The notes under the pieces: model-generated
Seen by the model: the letters and a program-made list of their open reading frames with translations, nothing else
Told to the model about the DNA's origin: nothing
Database searches by the model: none
Shown here: in pieces, positions 1 to 12,260 of the stretch
Position numbering within the stretch: position 1 is the stretch's first letter
Layout: each line of letters opens with the position of its first letter
Program-made: the position numbers and the translations under genes
Assembly (NCBI RefSeq): GCF_016432865.1
Contig: NC_067403.1
Coordinates: 248,310,001-248,374,000, forward strand
Length of the DNA: 64,000 nt
Direction of reading: 5' to 3'
Source of the DNA: Antechinus flavipes
Lineage: Eukaryota

Positions 1-214
1 TCTATGTTTGACTTACAAAAGGAAAGGCTATATATGCTTCCTGTGACTATGGTGGATATCATGAATGCCAAAAATGTGAGCACCACTGACAGAATTGTAC
101 ATAGAGTTGATGTCATGATGAAGGTATAATGTAGGGCCTTACTTTCAGCTGTATGGTGATCATAGGCCATGGAGGCTAAAAGAAAACTTTCAATAGTAGC
201 AAAAACTATAAAAG
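1..214 (-). pseudogene. OR5B-like pseudogene fragment (TM3-EC2), 5'-truncated, continues off the left edge
   Basis: Minus translation [26 protein letters not shown]...[16 protein letters not shown] (degenerate MAYDRH motif). OR homology stops at ~214, at the same junction as 31277. Confidence 0.85.
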
Positions 215-500
215 CTCTTATGAACTTTTATATTAGATAATTTGCTCTATTACATATCTCTTTTTCTCCCTTTCTCAGCCCTTTCCTCTTCCTTATCTCA
301 TAAATTTATTTTTTAAAAATATCCAGCCATCCTCAACTCATACCTGTGCCCTCTATATATATTTCTCTAAAAATGAGAAAGATCTTAAGAGCTAATTGTA
401 TCATTTTGCCGTGTACAAATGAATTAGTTTGTCTTTGTCAAATCTCTTATGATTTCACTTTACTGTTCTATAGTTCCAAATTTCTTTCATTGTTTTATTG
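215..500 (-). mobile_element. Old L1-derived fragment (ORF1-ORF2 spacer-like), paralogous to 31278-31560 and 51160-51540
   Basis: catcctcaactcatacctgtgccctct...atcattttgcc...cttatgatttc resembles the marsupial L1 inter-ORF region in antisense; three copies in the window. Confidence 0.5.
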
Positions 501-899
501 ATGATTTAATTTTCAGAATGCAAGGGAACAAAATGCTGATTAAATTTTAAAGTGGGTTACGTGGCTGTATTTTTTTAATTGAATGTCAAGTTCTTAAGCA
601 TTTCCCAGTTCACCTCTGGTTTAGGGTCTAGTGAATAAGCAGTGGTATTACCATCAAAGCTGTGCTTTCTAAACCAGTCAGGATTTTTGACTTATGCAAT
701 GTGAAAGTATCTGGGATGGAATTTAAATTCATGTCTCTTCTAACTCTTTCTATGACACCTTCTAATATATGATATTGCCTCTAAAAAGATTGGCAAATAC
801 TTGTCTGTGCATAAGAAAAAGAGCCTAATTTTGGTAGTGGATCCCAGAGGAAAGAAGGTACAGATTGTATTTTCTTTCTAAGAAAAAAGATGATCTAAT

Positions 900-960
900 T
901 AAAGTTGTTATTTTCTCATAGTGTCCTAAAAGCATTCTTGATGTCTGATCCTAAGATTTA
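900..960 (-). pseudogene. OR C-terminal stub (last ~20 codons) with normal OR 3' flank
   Basis: aaagcattcttgatgtct..cctaaga aligns to the [12 protein letters not shown] end of 52157-53074 and is preceded by the OR 3'UTR motif (805-900). Confidence 0.7.
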
Positions 961-1085
961 TACTTACACCACAACTCACCCTGATTCCATATGTTCTCCT
1001 CTTAGTTAGTTGGGGATTTTCCTTGTTATACATTGTACTGATTATTGATAGAATAGTATTTTGGATTTTTACATAAGAGAAGTTT
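961..1085. other. Right-end remnant of the unidentified element seen at 15078-15990 and 29240-30400
   Basis: ccacaactcaccctg...gatagaatagtattttggatttttacat matches 15897-16015 and 30288-30400. Confidence 0.7.
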
Positions 1086-1334
1086 CTACTTCTCCCCCTA
1101 TTAAAAATGCATATAGATATATACCTATCTACCTACATAGACATATACAAATATAAATTCATCCTTATATGGGAAGTTAGAAAGATCTATAAATGGATCA
1201 GCTATAAAATGAAAAATCTAAGATGTTGAATGCACTTCTCTGTGCATAAAAAAAAAATAACCCGATTTCTTGATTGCATCCCAGAATGGGGATGGTACAG
1301 ATTGTATTTCTCTTTAAGAAAAATGTTGACCTAA

Positions 1335-2267
1335 TTAATGTTGTCCCCTCACAACTTTCCTGAAAGTGTTTTTGACATCTTTGTTCCTAAGACTGTACAC
1401 TAGAGGATTCAACATAGGGATGACCATCGTATAGAATACTGACACTATTTTGTCTGAGCCCATTGAATGGTTGGAACTAGGTTGTAAGTACATGAACGTG
1501 CTTGTTCCATAAAATATAGACACTGCTGTGAGATGGGAAGCACAGGTGGAAAAGGCTTTCTCACGGCCTTCAGCAGAATGGATCTTCAGAATGGTGATGA
1601 AGATTAGTAAGTAAGAAGTAAAGATAATAAGAATTGGAGAAAATACAGTGAATATCCCTACTATAAAGACTACTACCTCTGTGATGTGGATATCAGAGCA
1701 AGAGAGAAGTAGCAGAGGGGTAACATCACAGAAAAAGTGTTCGAGTATGTTTGATCTACAAAAGGAAAGGCTAAATATGTTTCCTGTGACTATGGAGATG
1801 GCTAGAAAGCTGCAGAAGTAAACACCACTGACTAGATGTACACATACAGTTGATGTCATGATAGTGGTATAATGTAGGGGCTTACACACAGCTGCATGCC
1901 GATCATAGGCCATGGAGGCTAAGAGGAAACTTTCCATAGTACCAAAAGATGCAAAAAAGAACAGCTGTGTAGCACATCCATTAAAGGAAATGACCTTGTC
2001 CCCTCTTAGGAGCCCAGCCATCACCTTGGGAGTTATAGTTGAAGAAAAGCCAAAATCCACCAAAGAGAGATTACTGAGAAAAAAGTACATGGGTGTGTGG
2101 AGGTGGGAATCCCAGGAGATCAAAGATACTATTCCTAGGTTCCCTACCAGGGTGATGAGGTAGATGAGGGTGAACATGATGAAGAGAGGAACCTGAAGCT
2201 CTGGATCATCTGTTATTCCTTTGAGGATGAACTCATTCACTTCAGATCTGTTTTCCATAGATACCAT
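1335..2267 (-). CDS. Olfactory receptor, class II, OR5B-like (OR-1)
   Basis: 310 aa intact ORF with [55 protein letters not shown] and an N-glycosylation site (NRS). Splice acceptor ttttgttgcag|G at 2288-2289. Confidence 0.97.
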   Translation of the reverse strand: MVSMENRSEVNEFILKGITDDPELQVPLFIMFTLIYLITLVGNLGIVSLISWDSHLHTPMYFFLSNLSLVDFGFSSTITPKVMAGLLRGDKVISFNGCATQLFFFASFGTMESFLLASMAYDRHAAVCKPLHYTTIMTSTVCVHLVSGVYFCSFLAISIVTGNIFSLSFCRSNILEHFFCDVTPLLLLSCSDIHITEVVVFIVGIFTVFSPILIIFTSYLLIFITILKIHSAEGREKAFSTCASHLTAVSIFYGTSTFMYLQPSSNHSMGSDKIVSVFYTMVIPMLNPLVYSLRNKDVKNTFRKVVRGQH

Positions 2268-5065
2268 TTGGTAGTGATGTCATTCACCTGCAACAAAAGA
2301 GTAATAATCTTCAGAAAAATCCACTTCAATTAGATATCTATTTTATGTGAGGGCTAGAAATAAACAATCAAGAGACCAATAATATCTAGGTAGTTGTAGC
2401 AGTTACTCTAAATCCTCAAAATTCACTAATCCATTTTCTCATAATTAATGTCCTTTATGAATTACTTTTTACTTTTAAAAATCTTCCCCAAATTTAACCA
2501 TATTCAAAGCGATATTTCCCACTTCCAGAAAGGGAAATGTCTTAGTCTGTGAAGAAAAATTAGCATTAGAAAAGGGATTACTTTAAGTAAAGGTTAGAGA
2601 ACTCAATCTTTTAATATGAACATGCTTCCCTATGATGAAGAAAGGGAGAAAAGAGAAATAAAGGAAAAGTAGAAGGAACCAAGAGAAAAGTTAAAAAAAA
2701 AAAACTGCAAGAAGTTTGGAGAGGATTAAAGTGTTGGCCAACAGTTCTCTGGGGATCCTGATTAGGACTCACTGTGACTTTGGACTTTATTGAATGGACT
2801 GGTCAGCAGTTCCTAAGTAGGAACAGTTGTCAATTGACACCAGTAATACAGTTGTGGGACTCCTTTGTCCAAAAGATCACTACTAGATCACATAACAATA
2901 TGTATAGGGTTTTTCCCCTTTTTTTCTTTTACCCAGTCTTCCCTTTTCCATTCACCACTGCTACTATGGAAACAGAAGGCAGTCACAAATGGAGATATTT
3001 TGTCATTCCTTTTATTATATGTTTGGGGTGCCAGAGAAATCTCCAATTTTGGGCTCTGCTTCTTTCAAGTCTGAACTAAAATTTCACCTAAAAAAGTCTT
3101 TTTAAATCCACTGAACTCAATTCAGTGCCTCCCCTCTTTTGATTATTTCTAATTTATCCTGGCTATTGCTTATTTGTAAGCTAATATTTGCATGATTTGC
3201 AGAGAGACTATAAGATTCATTGCCAACAGGGGCTATATTTTACCTCTCTTTGTTCTCAGTGCTTAGCATGGTGCTAGACATATTGACTCACAGATTAGTT
3301 GGTATTAACCGTCAATGACTGAAGTAAGCAAAGCTGGTCTTTAAGCTTCACATAATGTTATTTTACATCCCCAAGCATCACAGCTTGGAAAGGAACTTAT
3401 CCAATTGTGCATCGTTCTTTTATTCAAAGAGTGATTACTTTCATCTTTATCATCATGAATTATTTAAGTTTTCATAGATGTTATAAGTAGGCTGCCACAT
3501 GGTATTACAGGTTATATCTTTAAACATTTATGTATAGTAAACAGAAGCAGAGAATCTGAAGTCAACATGGTTCCTCAGAGGTCAGCTACTTCAATCATAT
3601 CTGACCAGGAATCACCTTTATCAAAATATTCCAAAAGTAATGAAATATTGGAAAAGCAGAAGAGCTTCTTAAGAAGAAAGAATGAAAGAGATGAATTATA
3701 TGGATCTATAATAACTTCAAAGTCCTCAAAGAATTATAGCTCATATGTAAGAAGAATTAGAATCTGTCAAACATGGAAACACATCTGACTGGCAAGGTAC
3801 CATTGAGACTTGGCATATGGGACTTTGAACTAGGATGTGGATTAGTATAGGTTTTTATTTTATTTAAATGAAATAGGATAGTTTACTTCTAGCAACCATA
3901 ATATTTTTAAACTGAGAAAATCTGGTGATATAAAGAATTCATGAACTTCAGTGGGAAGACATTATGGAAAGTATTTATACTGTTATCAGTATATTACTAA
4001 TGGGAGATTTAAATTATCTGGGCATCCGCCAGAATGTTTTTGCTTATTCTATACTTTTTTTATTCTGTCTCTCAATGCTGTCCTCTGCCTCTTTCTCTGT
4101 CTCTCCATATATCTTTGCATATTTCTTTCTACATGTGTTTCACTGTCTCTAATTTTTCATTTTTCTTTTATAATCTTGCTTCTCCTTTTGTGTCTCTTTC
4201 TATCTGCATATCTACCTACCTATCTACCTATCATCTTTCAATCTATCTCTGTCTCTTTTTTTCAAAGAACAGGTATTGAAAATTTGATGTAAATGGATTT
4301 GTTAATTAATTAAAAGCTCAAAATAAAGGAACAAACATGAAAGAATTTTATTCTCGATTTAATTCTCACGAAGCATAGGGGATTATTAGGGAAGGTCAAA
4401 ATAAATGAGGTTGTTTTAAGAATGGGGGAAAGTAATTAAATCCCCCTAAACTTTGAGAAATGAAATGAAAGAAATGAAACTTAGAAATTGTTAGTAATGC
4501 ACATTTTGCTTGGACAATCAATTCCAGGCTTTTTAAAAGAAGGTTAAAATGGGATCTAATGGATTAATTCTATAGACTTGTTCAAACTTGAAGGGATAGA
4601 AAGATCTCAAGAAAGAAATTTTGAAAATATAATGAAAAATTGACATTTAGGTAGAGTTAAATATGAAAAAAACTGCAGAAAAGAAAAAAAAGAAGTAAGC
4701 AAAGATGAATTAAAAGCAGACCCTATTTTATACTTATAGCCAGAGGACTTAGTGTGAACTGACGAAAGCTTTAAAGAATACAAAGAGGTGGGTGCTTTTT
4801 ATTGAAAACTGGGTTATTTTGGAAAACAAAAATTAGTCAAATAAGGAACTAATTCTGAAGGCTGAGGATATAAGTACAATGAATGACAAACAAAGGCAGA
4901 TCTGTTCAGTTTGGATTTTCTATTTTCTCTGACAAAGATAATGAGTTTTTGATTTAGAATAATAGAAAAAGAGTTTATACCAAAGAAAATGAGAACAAGA
5001 ACCTATATCTGTGGAGAGAAGGGAAGAACTATTTGTATAGCGTCCATTAAATGTCAAACAGTGTG

Positions 5066-5280
5066 CTGCACTTCATAAATGTTTTCTTATTTGATTCTCA
5101 TGACAACCCTGTAATATATTTACTTTTATTATTTTTATTTTAAAATTGAGGAAACTGAGGTAAACAGATGTTGAGTGACTTGCCCCTGGATCATACCTTA
5201 AATGTCCACAACTGGATTTAAATTCAGGTATTCCTGACTCCAGTCTCAAGGCTTTTTCCATTCTACCACAGATGCCTCTT
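5066..5280 (-). mobile_element. CORE-SINE (MIR/Mar1-like); paralogs at ~19980-20230, ~35860-36070, ~47615-47805
   Basis: CORE motif gaggaaactgagg...gtgacttgccc..gatcatac and antisense B-box ggatttaaattcagg. Confidence 0.75.
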
Positions 5281-5589
5281 TAAAAATTTCAAAGTTCTTT
5301 AAATACATTGGATCATTCAATTCCCACAATAAGTTTGTGCCATGAAAAAAAGAACATCAATTTGACCTTACACTGCAGGAAGAGACAGAGACAGGTACAC
5401 AAAGGTGTCCCTCTCTATTTTACCTTTGAAGCAACATGTTCAGTTATGAATTCCACACCTTAGGAAGAACATTGATAAGTTCATGTTTTTTTTTTTCAGA
5501 GGAGTTCGGCCAGGATGGAGAAAGGCATTGAAATGTTGACATATTGGGAATTATGAAGGAAGTGAGGATATTTGATGTAGATAAGATAA

Positions 5590-5830
5590 AAGATAGCTGG
5601 AGGTATCGATTGGGATTGTAGATATCTTCAAATGCCTCAAGGATTGACATGGAGAGGAAAGCTTTGGTATAAAGGAAGAACTAGAAGGAAAGGATAGAGG
5701 TTAAGGAGAAATAAATTTAGGTTTGATTTAAGAAAAATATTCCCAAATGATGATATTCAGAAGTAAGAGGTGCTGTCTTAACATGTACTAGATTTCTCCC
5801 AACTTGAAATATTAAGGCAAGAGTTAGTTG
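5590..5830 (+). mobile_element. CR1/L3 3' relic; paralogs at ~20565-20790, ~36400-36540, ~48120-48375
   Basis: aaatttaggtttgatttaagaaaaatattccc...ctcccaacttgaaatattaaggcaagagttagttgacc resembles the L3 3' region. Confidence 0.5.
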
Positions 5831-8180
5831 ACCTTCTGTTCAATTATATCACACACATATATAGATTATATGTATACACAAATATATGTATATGATATAT
5901 ATACATATATATACATATAATAGAGCATATGGAGAGTAAGTGAAAAAAGTTTATTTTAATTTTATAGGAAAATTTTATTCCTACCTCTACTTAATATCCC
6001 TGTTACCATGGATAAGCCACATCTCCTCAGAGTCTCCATTCAGTCACAAGTAAAAAAAAAAAAAAAAGATAAAATAATGGCACTTTCATTATAGGACTAT
6101 TCTGAGTATAAGAGATGATTTTGTAAAATGCTTTTAAAACTTTAAACCTCTATAACAGCATTATCTGCTGTTATTTAATACTACTGCTACTCTCCATCTT
6201 ACTATTCACAAATATCTTTGGACATTGTAGAACTAAGATATCATTATCCTCAACTTGGTCATTGATAAAGAAAATTGCTGAACTCTTAGGTTTCTGAAGT
6301 TCTTTCTATTTCTGAATTGATGATCCTGTCAAACTTTTAATATGTATTAGTTTTAAAAATATCCATTATTCTTCATAGCACTACATTGAAAGGACTTTTT
6401 TTTCTAATGTGGTTAATGTGAGACTGATAGCTAAGGATAAAGTAAATGAATAAAAACTCATTATATAGACTCTTAGAGAAATATAAAATAATCTATTTTA
6501 GCAAATATCAAGAAATAAATATTTTATACTAACATAATAGAAACTATAGTAAGCAGAGAACAATCAAATAACAATCAGGATTTTACTAATGTTTGTTGCA
6601 TGCATCGCATTGTATCAGTTTTGTAATTGATAACTTATATCAGATAGATAGAGATATAGATATAGTCTGTGACAAACTTTTTTCATTGATATACTCAAGG
6701 TTTGGTGCTATTGAGTCCCCATGTTTAGAGAGAATCCTTTTAGGTTGGCAGACTTGAAAATGTGATTAGTTTTCTCTTCAGAAAATCCCCAGATGTTAGT
6801 AAATACCATTCTCTTGGAAAAGATTGATTAGGGATATGAATATTTGACTTCTAATGTTATTTGGATATTCATTTTTTTCTGTTATTCAATGGAAGTTAGT
6901 TGATCCTATTGCACCTCTGATCATTTGAACAATGCGAATAATATTTCTTCATGTATGTGGATCACAGTATTTGGGAGGAAATTATTTGTCAAGATTTAAA
7001 TGCTATAGATTTCAGAGTTAACCAAGATCAGGTTATTGGGCTTGTACATGACAATGGTTGAGCAAATGCTCTGAGAAACACAGATATGTTCATATGAAAA
7101 GATAGAGGAACTCCCACAAAACAAAGTATTAAAGTGACGATATGGCAGAATGGAGAGATTTGATCTTTGAATCAAGAAGACGTACATTTAAATTCCATCT
7201 CAGACCCTTATTAGTTCGTTTATTTCTAGACAATTCACTTAAGTCAAACAGCTTCATGTTGTTTACCTCTCAAAGGAGAATGGACATCATAGTAATAATA
7301 TTTATTTCAAATAGTTGGGAGAGAAAATTTTAAAAAATTGAAGATCCTTGTAATAGCATACAAATATAAGGTATTATCATTCAGGACAAAGACTCTCCTA
7401 AATTTTCTTATTAAATCCTTTTGATGCTGTGTTTTGTGTACAATGTACAGATAATTAACATGATCAAATTATGTACTCATTAGGTTTACAGAGTCACCTA
7501 TTCCTCAGAAGGATCATTTGATTATTGAAGAATGAGGAGCTTGAAAAGAAGTAATATTTGAATGTTTGAGCATAGTTTCCATACAAGATTTCATTTGAGC
7601 TCTAAGACAATCCAATGAAATATGTATTGCAATTGTAATTATACATAGTTTATGGATAAGAAAATTGAATTTAATAGACTTACCCATAGGGAAAATGAGT
7701 CAATGTCTGAGAGAAGATTTTTATGCCAGTTTTCCTGCTTCCATGTCCAGCAGTGTTTCTACTCTCCCATTTTGGTATCTATGTAAGCCCTACAGTTTTG
7801 AATTGGATATCCTCATACACAGCCAGGTTAATATAAAGAAAAATAATGAAGAAGCCCAAAAGGAGATATTGAAAACGTGATATTCAAGTGTTGACCTTGA
7901 AGTTGCAAATTAGGAAACACATAATTGTATTGGGAAAAAGTGTTCAAAAATATCTAATAGTAGAGTAGCCACTTCTGGCCATTGCTATGGTATTGATGGT
8001 AGTAGAGTTAGCAATACCTACTCCTACCACCCATGCAGTTAAACCTCAGGAAACAACAGAAACTAGATGAATGAGTGAATTTGACCTACCAGCTGGATCC
8101 TCAGCACTTAGCCCTATAGTGAAATGTTTCAGTGTCAGTGGCTAAACCTAGGACTTTATGCAGACCTGAGAACCTTGAGG

Positions 8181-8253
8181 CTCTTGGGAGATTATGCTCC
8201 CTTGGAAGTTCTGGCAGGTATGCTGCCAATTGCTGAACAAAACAAACAATTAA
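8181..8253 (-). promoter_or_regulatory. Putative OR-1 promoter cassette (2 O/E-like sites, NFI half-site, HD site)
   Basis: ctcttgggag (8181), ctcccttggaag (8197), tgccaa, caattaa (8247); conserved upstream of all five ORs. Confidence 0.6.
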
Positions 8254-8439
8254 ATTATGCTTTGAGTATGGGAAAAGAACAATTTCCTCATGGATACTTT
8301 GTCATCCTAACTTATTTTTAGAAAAAAAATGAGGTGGAATGGGACCTGTTTCTACCATCTCCTAGGTGAGTGATATTGGCCATGTCACTGAACACCTCTA
8401 ATTCTCAAGTTATTTTATTTTTTTTGAAATAGAAATAAA

Positions 8440-8760
8440 GGTGCAGCTAGGTAGTGCAGTGGAAGATAAGTGGCCCTGGAATAAGGAATAGCTGAATTCA
8501 AATTTGATCTCAGACACTTGACACTTACTTGACATATAATGCTGGGCAAGTCACTTTGCCCTATTTGTCTCACCAAAAAAAATCCTTGTATTAGTCACAC
8601 TCCTGAGTTCAAATCCCTTGGTGGAAACTAGCTGCAAGTCACTGAACCTGTGTTTGCTTCACTTTCTTCTCAATTATATGGTGAGGATATTAATAACATC
8701 TGCTTTCGGGGTGGTTGTGGATCAAATGGGATGGTATTTGTAAAGGATTTAGTTCTGTGC
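8440..8760 (+). mobile_element. WSINE1-like SINE (8440-8580) followed by a MIR (8590-8760); paralogs at 23400-23760 and 38575-38670
   Basis: ggtgcagctaggtagtgcagtgg A-box, gaattcaaat B-box, gggcaagtcact core, A tail. Confidence 0.7.
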
Positions 8761-9654
8761 CTTCCATTTGAGGGTGTTGTATAACTGGTAGGTACCATCA
8801 CCATAATTATCATCACCATCCTAGTGCTCATACATTAGCTATATCTGATGATTTGCTTTCAACAGCACAAAGTTACATATCATCTCTATAACATAACATC
8901 ATTAGATTTCTCAGCTGATTATTTATATGGTAACAGAAAAGAATACTCTTGGATGATAAAATGAAAGAGGAAATTTACTTGCATGTGGCCATCTACTGAG
9001 AATCAATGTGTATTCAAATGTAAAACCTTTGTGATATTTTGGAAATGATTTGAGGAATTGAAGAAATGAAAGAATCCCTCACATTTGTCAGATGTAGTCC
9101 AAGAGTTGGATGTAAAATTTGCATATATCGCCAAATTATTGTATCCATTATCTTGAAAGTTTCAAATTGCTGCAGAAACCAGCCTAAAATTATTCAGATA
9201 TATGCAACTTATTGTCACAGAGGGGAAAAGACACATTTAACACAATTAAGTCATTATTTACTCTTATGGCATAATAAAATGCCTTGAAGTATCATTGCAA
9301 ATCCCCAAAGAGTTTGTGAAACACTAAAAGGGAAACCTTGCATTAAACCATTGTCTCTCTAGCCTCTGGAACTATTCTGGCTTCTAGTCTAGCCTTTTAC
9401 AAAGTAAGTTCTTATCAAGTATTTGTTAAAATTCACTGAAAAAGAGAAATGAAGTTGAACTCTGGTCCAAATATCCTATGTGTAACACAGTAATTATGTG
9501 CACAGAATAAAATTTCTTCAGTTTCTGATAATAATGAGTGTGATTTTCTTGGTTGATAAAATTTGTCGTTTTAATTGAAAGGAATCATGTGGTTTACCTT
9601 TTATGCTGTATTGGCAATGAAAAATGTAATAATGAATAAATGAATGGGTAAAAA

Positions 9655-9760
9655 ACATTTATTTAGTATCTAATATGTACAAAGTAGCATTTCTAGTGCT
9701 GAGGGTGTATACTGAAAAGTAAAATAACCCTTGCTCGCAGAGATCACAAATCTAATCAGG
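9655..9760 (+). mobile_element. L2-terminus-like relic
   Basis: aaacatttatttagtatctaatatgtacaaagtagcatttctagtgctgagg matches the terminal motif typical of L2. Confidence 0.45.
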
Positions 9761-9839
9761 GATTATAAATTATTTCAAATATAAGTGTTATGTAAAGACC
9801 ATGGTTTATTGATGTAGAAAGTAGAGACACATATTATTT

Positions 9840-10648
9840 ATTTTTTAAATAATTATAACTTTTTATTGACAGAGCCCATGCCTGGGTAATCCTTTACAAC
9901 ATTATCCCTTGCACTCACTTCTGTTCCAACTTTTCCCCTCCCTCCCTCCATACCCTCCCCCACATGGCAAGCAGTCCTGTACATGTTTAATATGTCACAG
10001 TATATCCTAAATACAATATATTTGTGCAGAACCCAACAGTTTTCTTGTTGCACAGGAAGAATTGTATTCAGAAGGTAAAAATAACCCAGGAAGAAAAACC
10101 AAAATATAAACAGTTTACATCATTCCCCAGTGTTCTTTCTTCTATCTATCATTGCTTCTGTCTATCATTGATCAATTGAAACTGAGTTAGATCTTCTCTT
10201 TGTCAAAGAAATCCACTTCCATCAGAATATACTTGTTGAAGTATATAATGATCTCCTGGTTCTGCTCATTTCATTTAGCATCAGTTCATATAAGTCTCTC
10301 CAAGCCTCTCTGTATTCATCCTGTTGGTCATTTCTTACAGAACAATAATATTCCAAAACATTAATATATCACAGTTTACCCAACCATTCTCCAATTGATG
10401 GACATCCATTCATTTTCCAGTTTCTAGACACTACAAACAGGGCTGCCACAAACATTTTGGCATATACAGGTCCCTTTCCCTTCTTTAGTATCTCTTTGGG
10501 GTATAAGCCCAGTAGTAGCACTGCTGGATCAAAGGGTATGCACAGTTTGATAACTTTTGGGGCATAATTGCAGATTGCTCTCCAGAATGGTTGGATTTGT
10601 TCACAACTCCGCCAACAATGCATCAGTGTCCCAGTTTTCCCTGCATCT
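9840..10648 (-). mobile_element. 5'-truncated L1 (ORF2 C-terminus + 3'UTR) with 14-bp TSD
   Basis: ORF 10369-10653 GKTGTLMHCW...CIPFDPAVLLLGLYPKE...CPSIGEWLGKL. TSD gacacatattattt (9826-9839) / gacacgtattattt (10649-10662). Confidence 0.93.
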
Positions 10649-11402
10649 GACACGTATTATTTCTGTTGATATTATTATCAAACTATAGCAATGTTTAATG
10701 GTTAAACATTTCATATTGCCAGTATCTTTGGTGGCAAGAGTATTTTCCCCATCAAGTGTTTACTAGCATTAGCTTCAGGAAGAGAATGGAATGTACAACC
10801 TGGAGATACAATTGGCATATTTTATCTTTACAAAAGCTGACAGTGTAAAATGTAAACCATGTGTTTCTCTTCAATTAACAATAGATTTTACCAACTACAA
10901 AAATCACAGAATCATGTTTTCTTGACTTCTCAGGGAGTTGACTAACAGCTTGTTCTATTTCTTTATCTAAAATGGTACTGATTAAGTAATTTATTTCCTC
11001 TTCTGTTAACCTGGGCATTCTATATATTAGTAGGTATTCCTCCAGTTCACTTAGATTATCAAATTTGCTGACATATAGTTGAGCAAAACAACTCCTAGTT
11101 ATTGCTTTCATTTCCTCTTCATTGGTGAAAAGTTCTCCCTTTTCATTTTTTGACTATTTTATTTTCTTCTTTCATTTTTAAATCAATTCAGTTAAAGGTT
11201 TATCTTTTTGTTCTTTTTTTTTTCATAAAACCAACTCTTAGTTTTATTTATTAATTATTTTGCCCTCTAATTCTATGACATCCAGGCAATTTTCCTTGAT
11301 GATTTCCTGAAAGATGTTGTCTAGGCTTTTGTTTTCATCATGGTTTTCCAGAAGTCCAATAATTCTTAGATTATGTCTCTTAGATCTGTTTTCCAGGTCA
11401 TT

Positions 11403-11743
11403 TGTAGAGAACTCCAGGGAAACTAGAATCTTTAGTAACTGAGATATTCCTCTTCTCCTAAGATTAATCAAGAGTGAATTTAAGCTTGAAATCATGGGAA
11501 AACATAAGGTCCTGGCAAAATTACTGGGGCGAATTTAAATAAGATTGAGTCCCCCCTAGAAACTACATGCTTCTGAGAGTTATATCATAGAAAACAGAAA
11601 CCAGGGTTGGTTACAGAACAATGTTTTTCATAATAAGATATGATTTTAAGATATATAAGCAACATGATTTGTCTCATTAAACAGCTCTGTTGAATTATCA
11701 GCAATCCCGTCTCCTTATTTTCAGCCATCACTAGCCCACAACA
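11403..11743 (+). mobile_element. Probable solo LTR inserted in L1 ORF1
   Basis: TGTAG...CAACA termini, TATATAA then ATTAAA. L1 sequence resumes on both sides; degenerate 6-bp TSD gtcatt/gttagt. Confidence 0.55.
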
Positions 11744-11868
11744 GTTAGTTGTTTTTCCAGTGAGGTATTTTACATTTTCTTCTATTTTTCATGTTTTAGG
11801 TTTTGTTTGATTCTTGAAGTCTCATTGAGTCATTCACTTTCATTTTTTCAATTATAATTTTTTTTTTT

Positions 11869-12260
11869 TGTAAAGAGTGAAACTTTGGAGAAGTGTCCTT
11901 GAAAAAAGTATACTTGAAATAAAGTGTTAACTCAGTGGAACTATGAGATGATTGTTCTCTAGATCACATATATACTTAGTAGTTAGCATGGTGAGGTAAT
12001 GGTTCTCTAAGTTCACATATAATCAGTATGCTGTAATGATGCAATTACAATAAGGTTTAGAAGGGCCAACAAGGTCTGGAAGAGAGACAGTCTATTTTTT
12101 TTTACCATCTTCATGGTGGCTGTCATGCCTCCTAAACTAAGATCAAGACTAGGCCAGAATAACAAATTTAGACTTGATTTTTGACCATTCTCATAGTGTC
12201 TATCCTGCTGAGACCAAGGCCCTTCCAGAGGACCTCCAGAAAGCTAGCCCAAACATTACA
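11869..12260 (+). mobile_element. Solo LTR (ERV2-like) inserted in L1 ORF1
   Basis: TGTAAAG...CATTACA termini; TSD attttt (left copy extended by a T run); U5 ctccagaaagctag shared with other LTRs in the window. Confidence 0.8.

Noticed and set aside
1912-2163. Plus-strand 83-aa ORFs conserved at 1912-2163 and 32946-33197
   Set aside because: They lie wholly antisense to OR TM1-TM3, so OR constraint explains the conservation; no independent coding signal.
1335-2267. MAYDRH instead of MAYDRY as a sign of pseudogenisation
   Set aside because: All five intact paralogs share it, so it is a subfamily trait.
3951-4292. Phe/Leu/Ser-rich ORFs at paralogous positions (also 18864-19184, 34930-35388, 46521-46832)
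   Set aside because: Translations of a TC-rich low-complexity tract; starts, stops and frames differ among paralogs.
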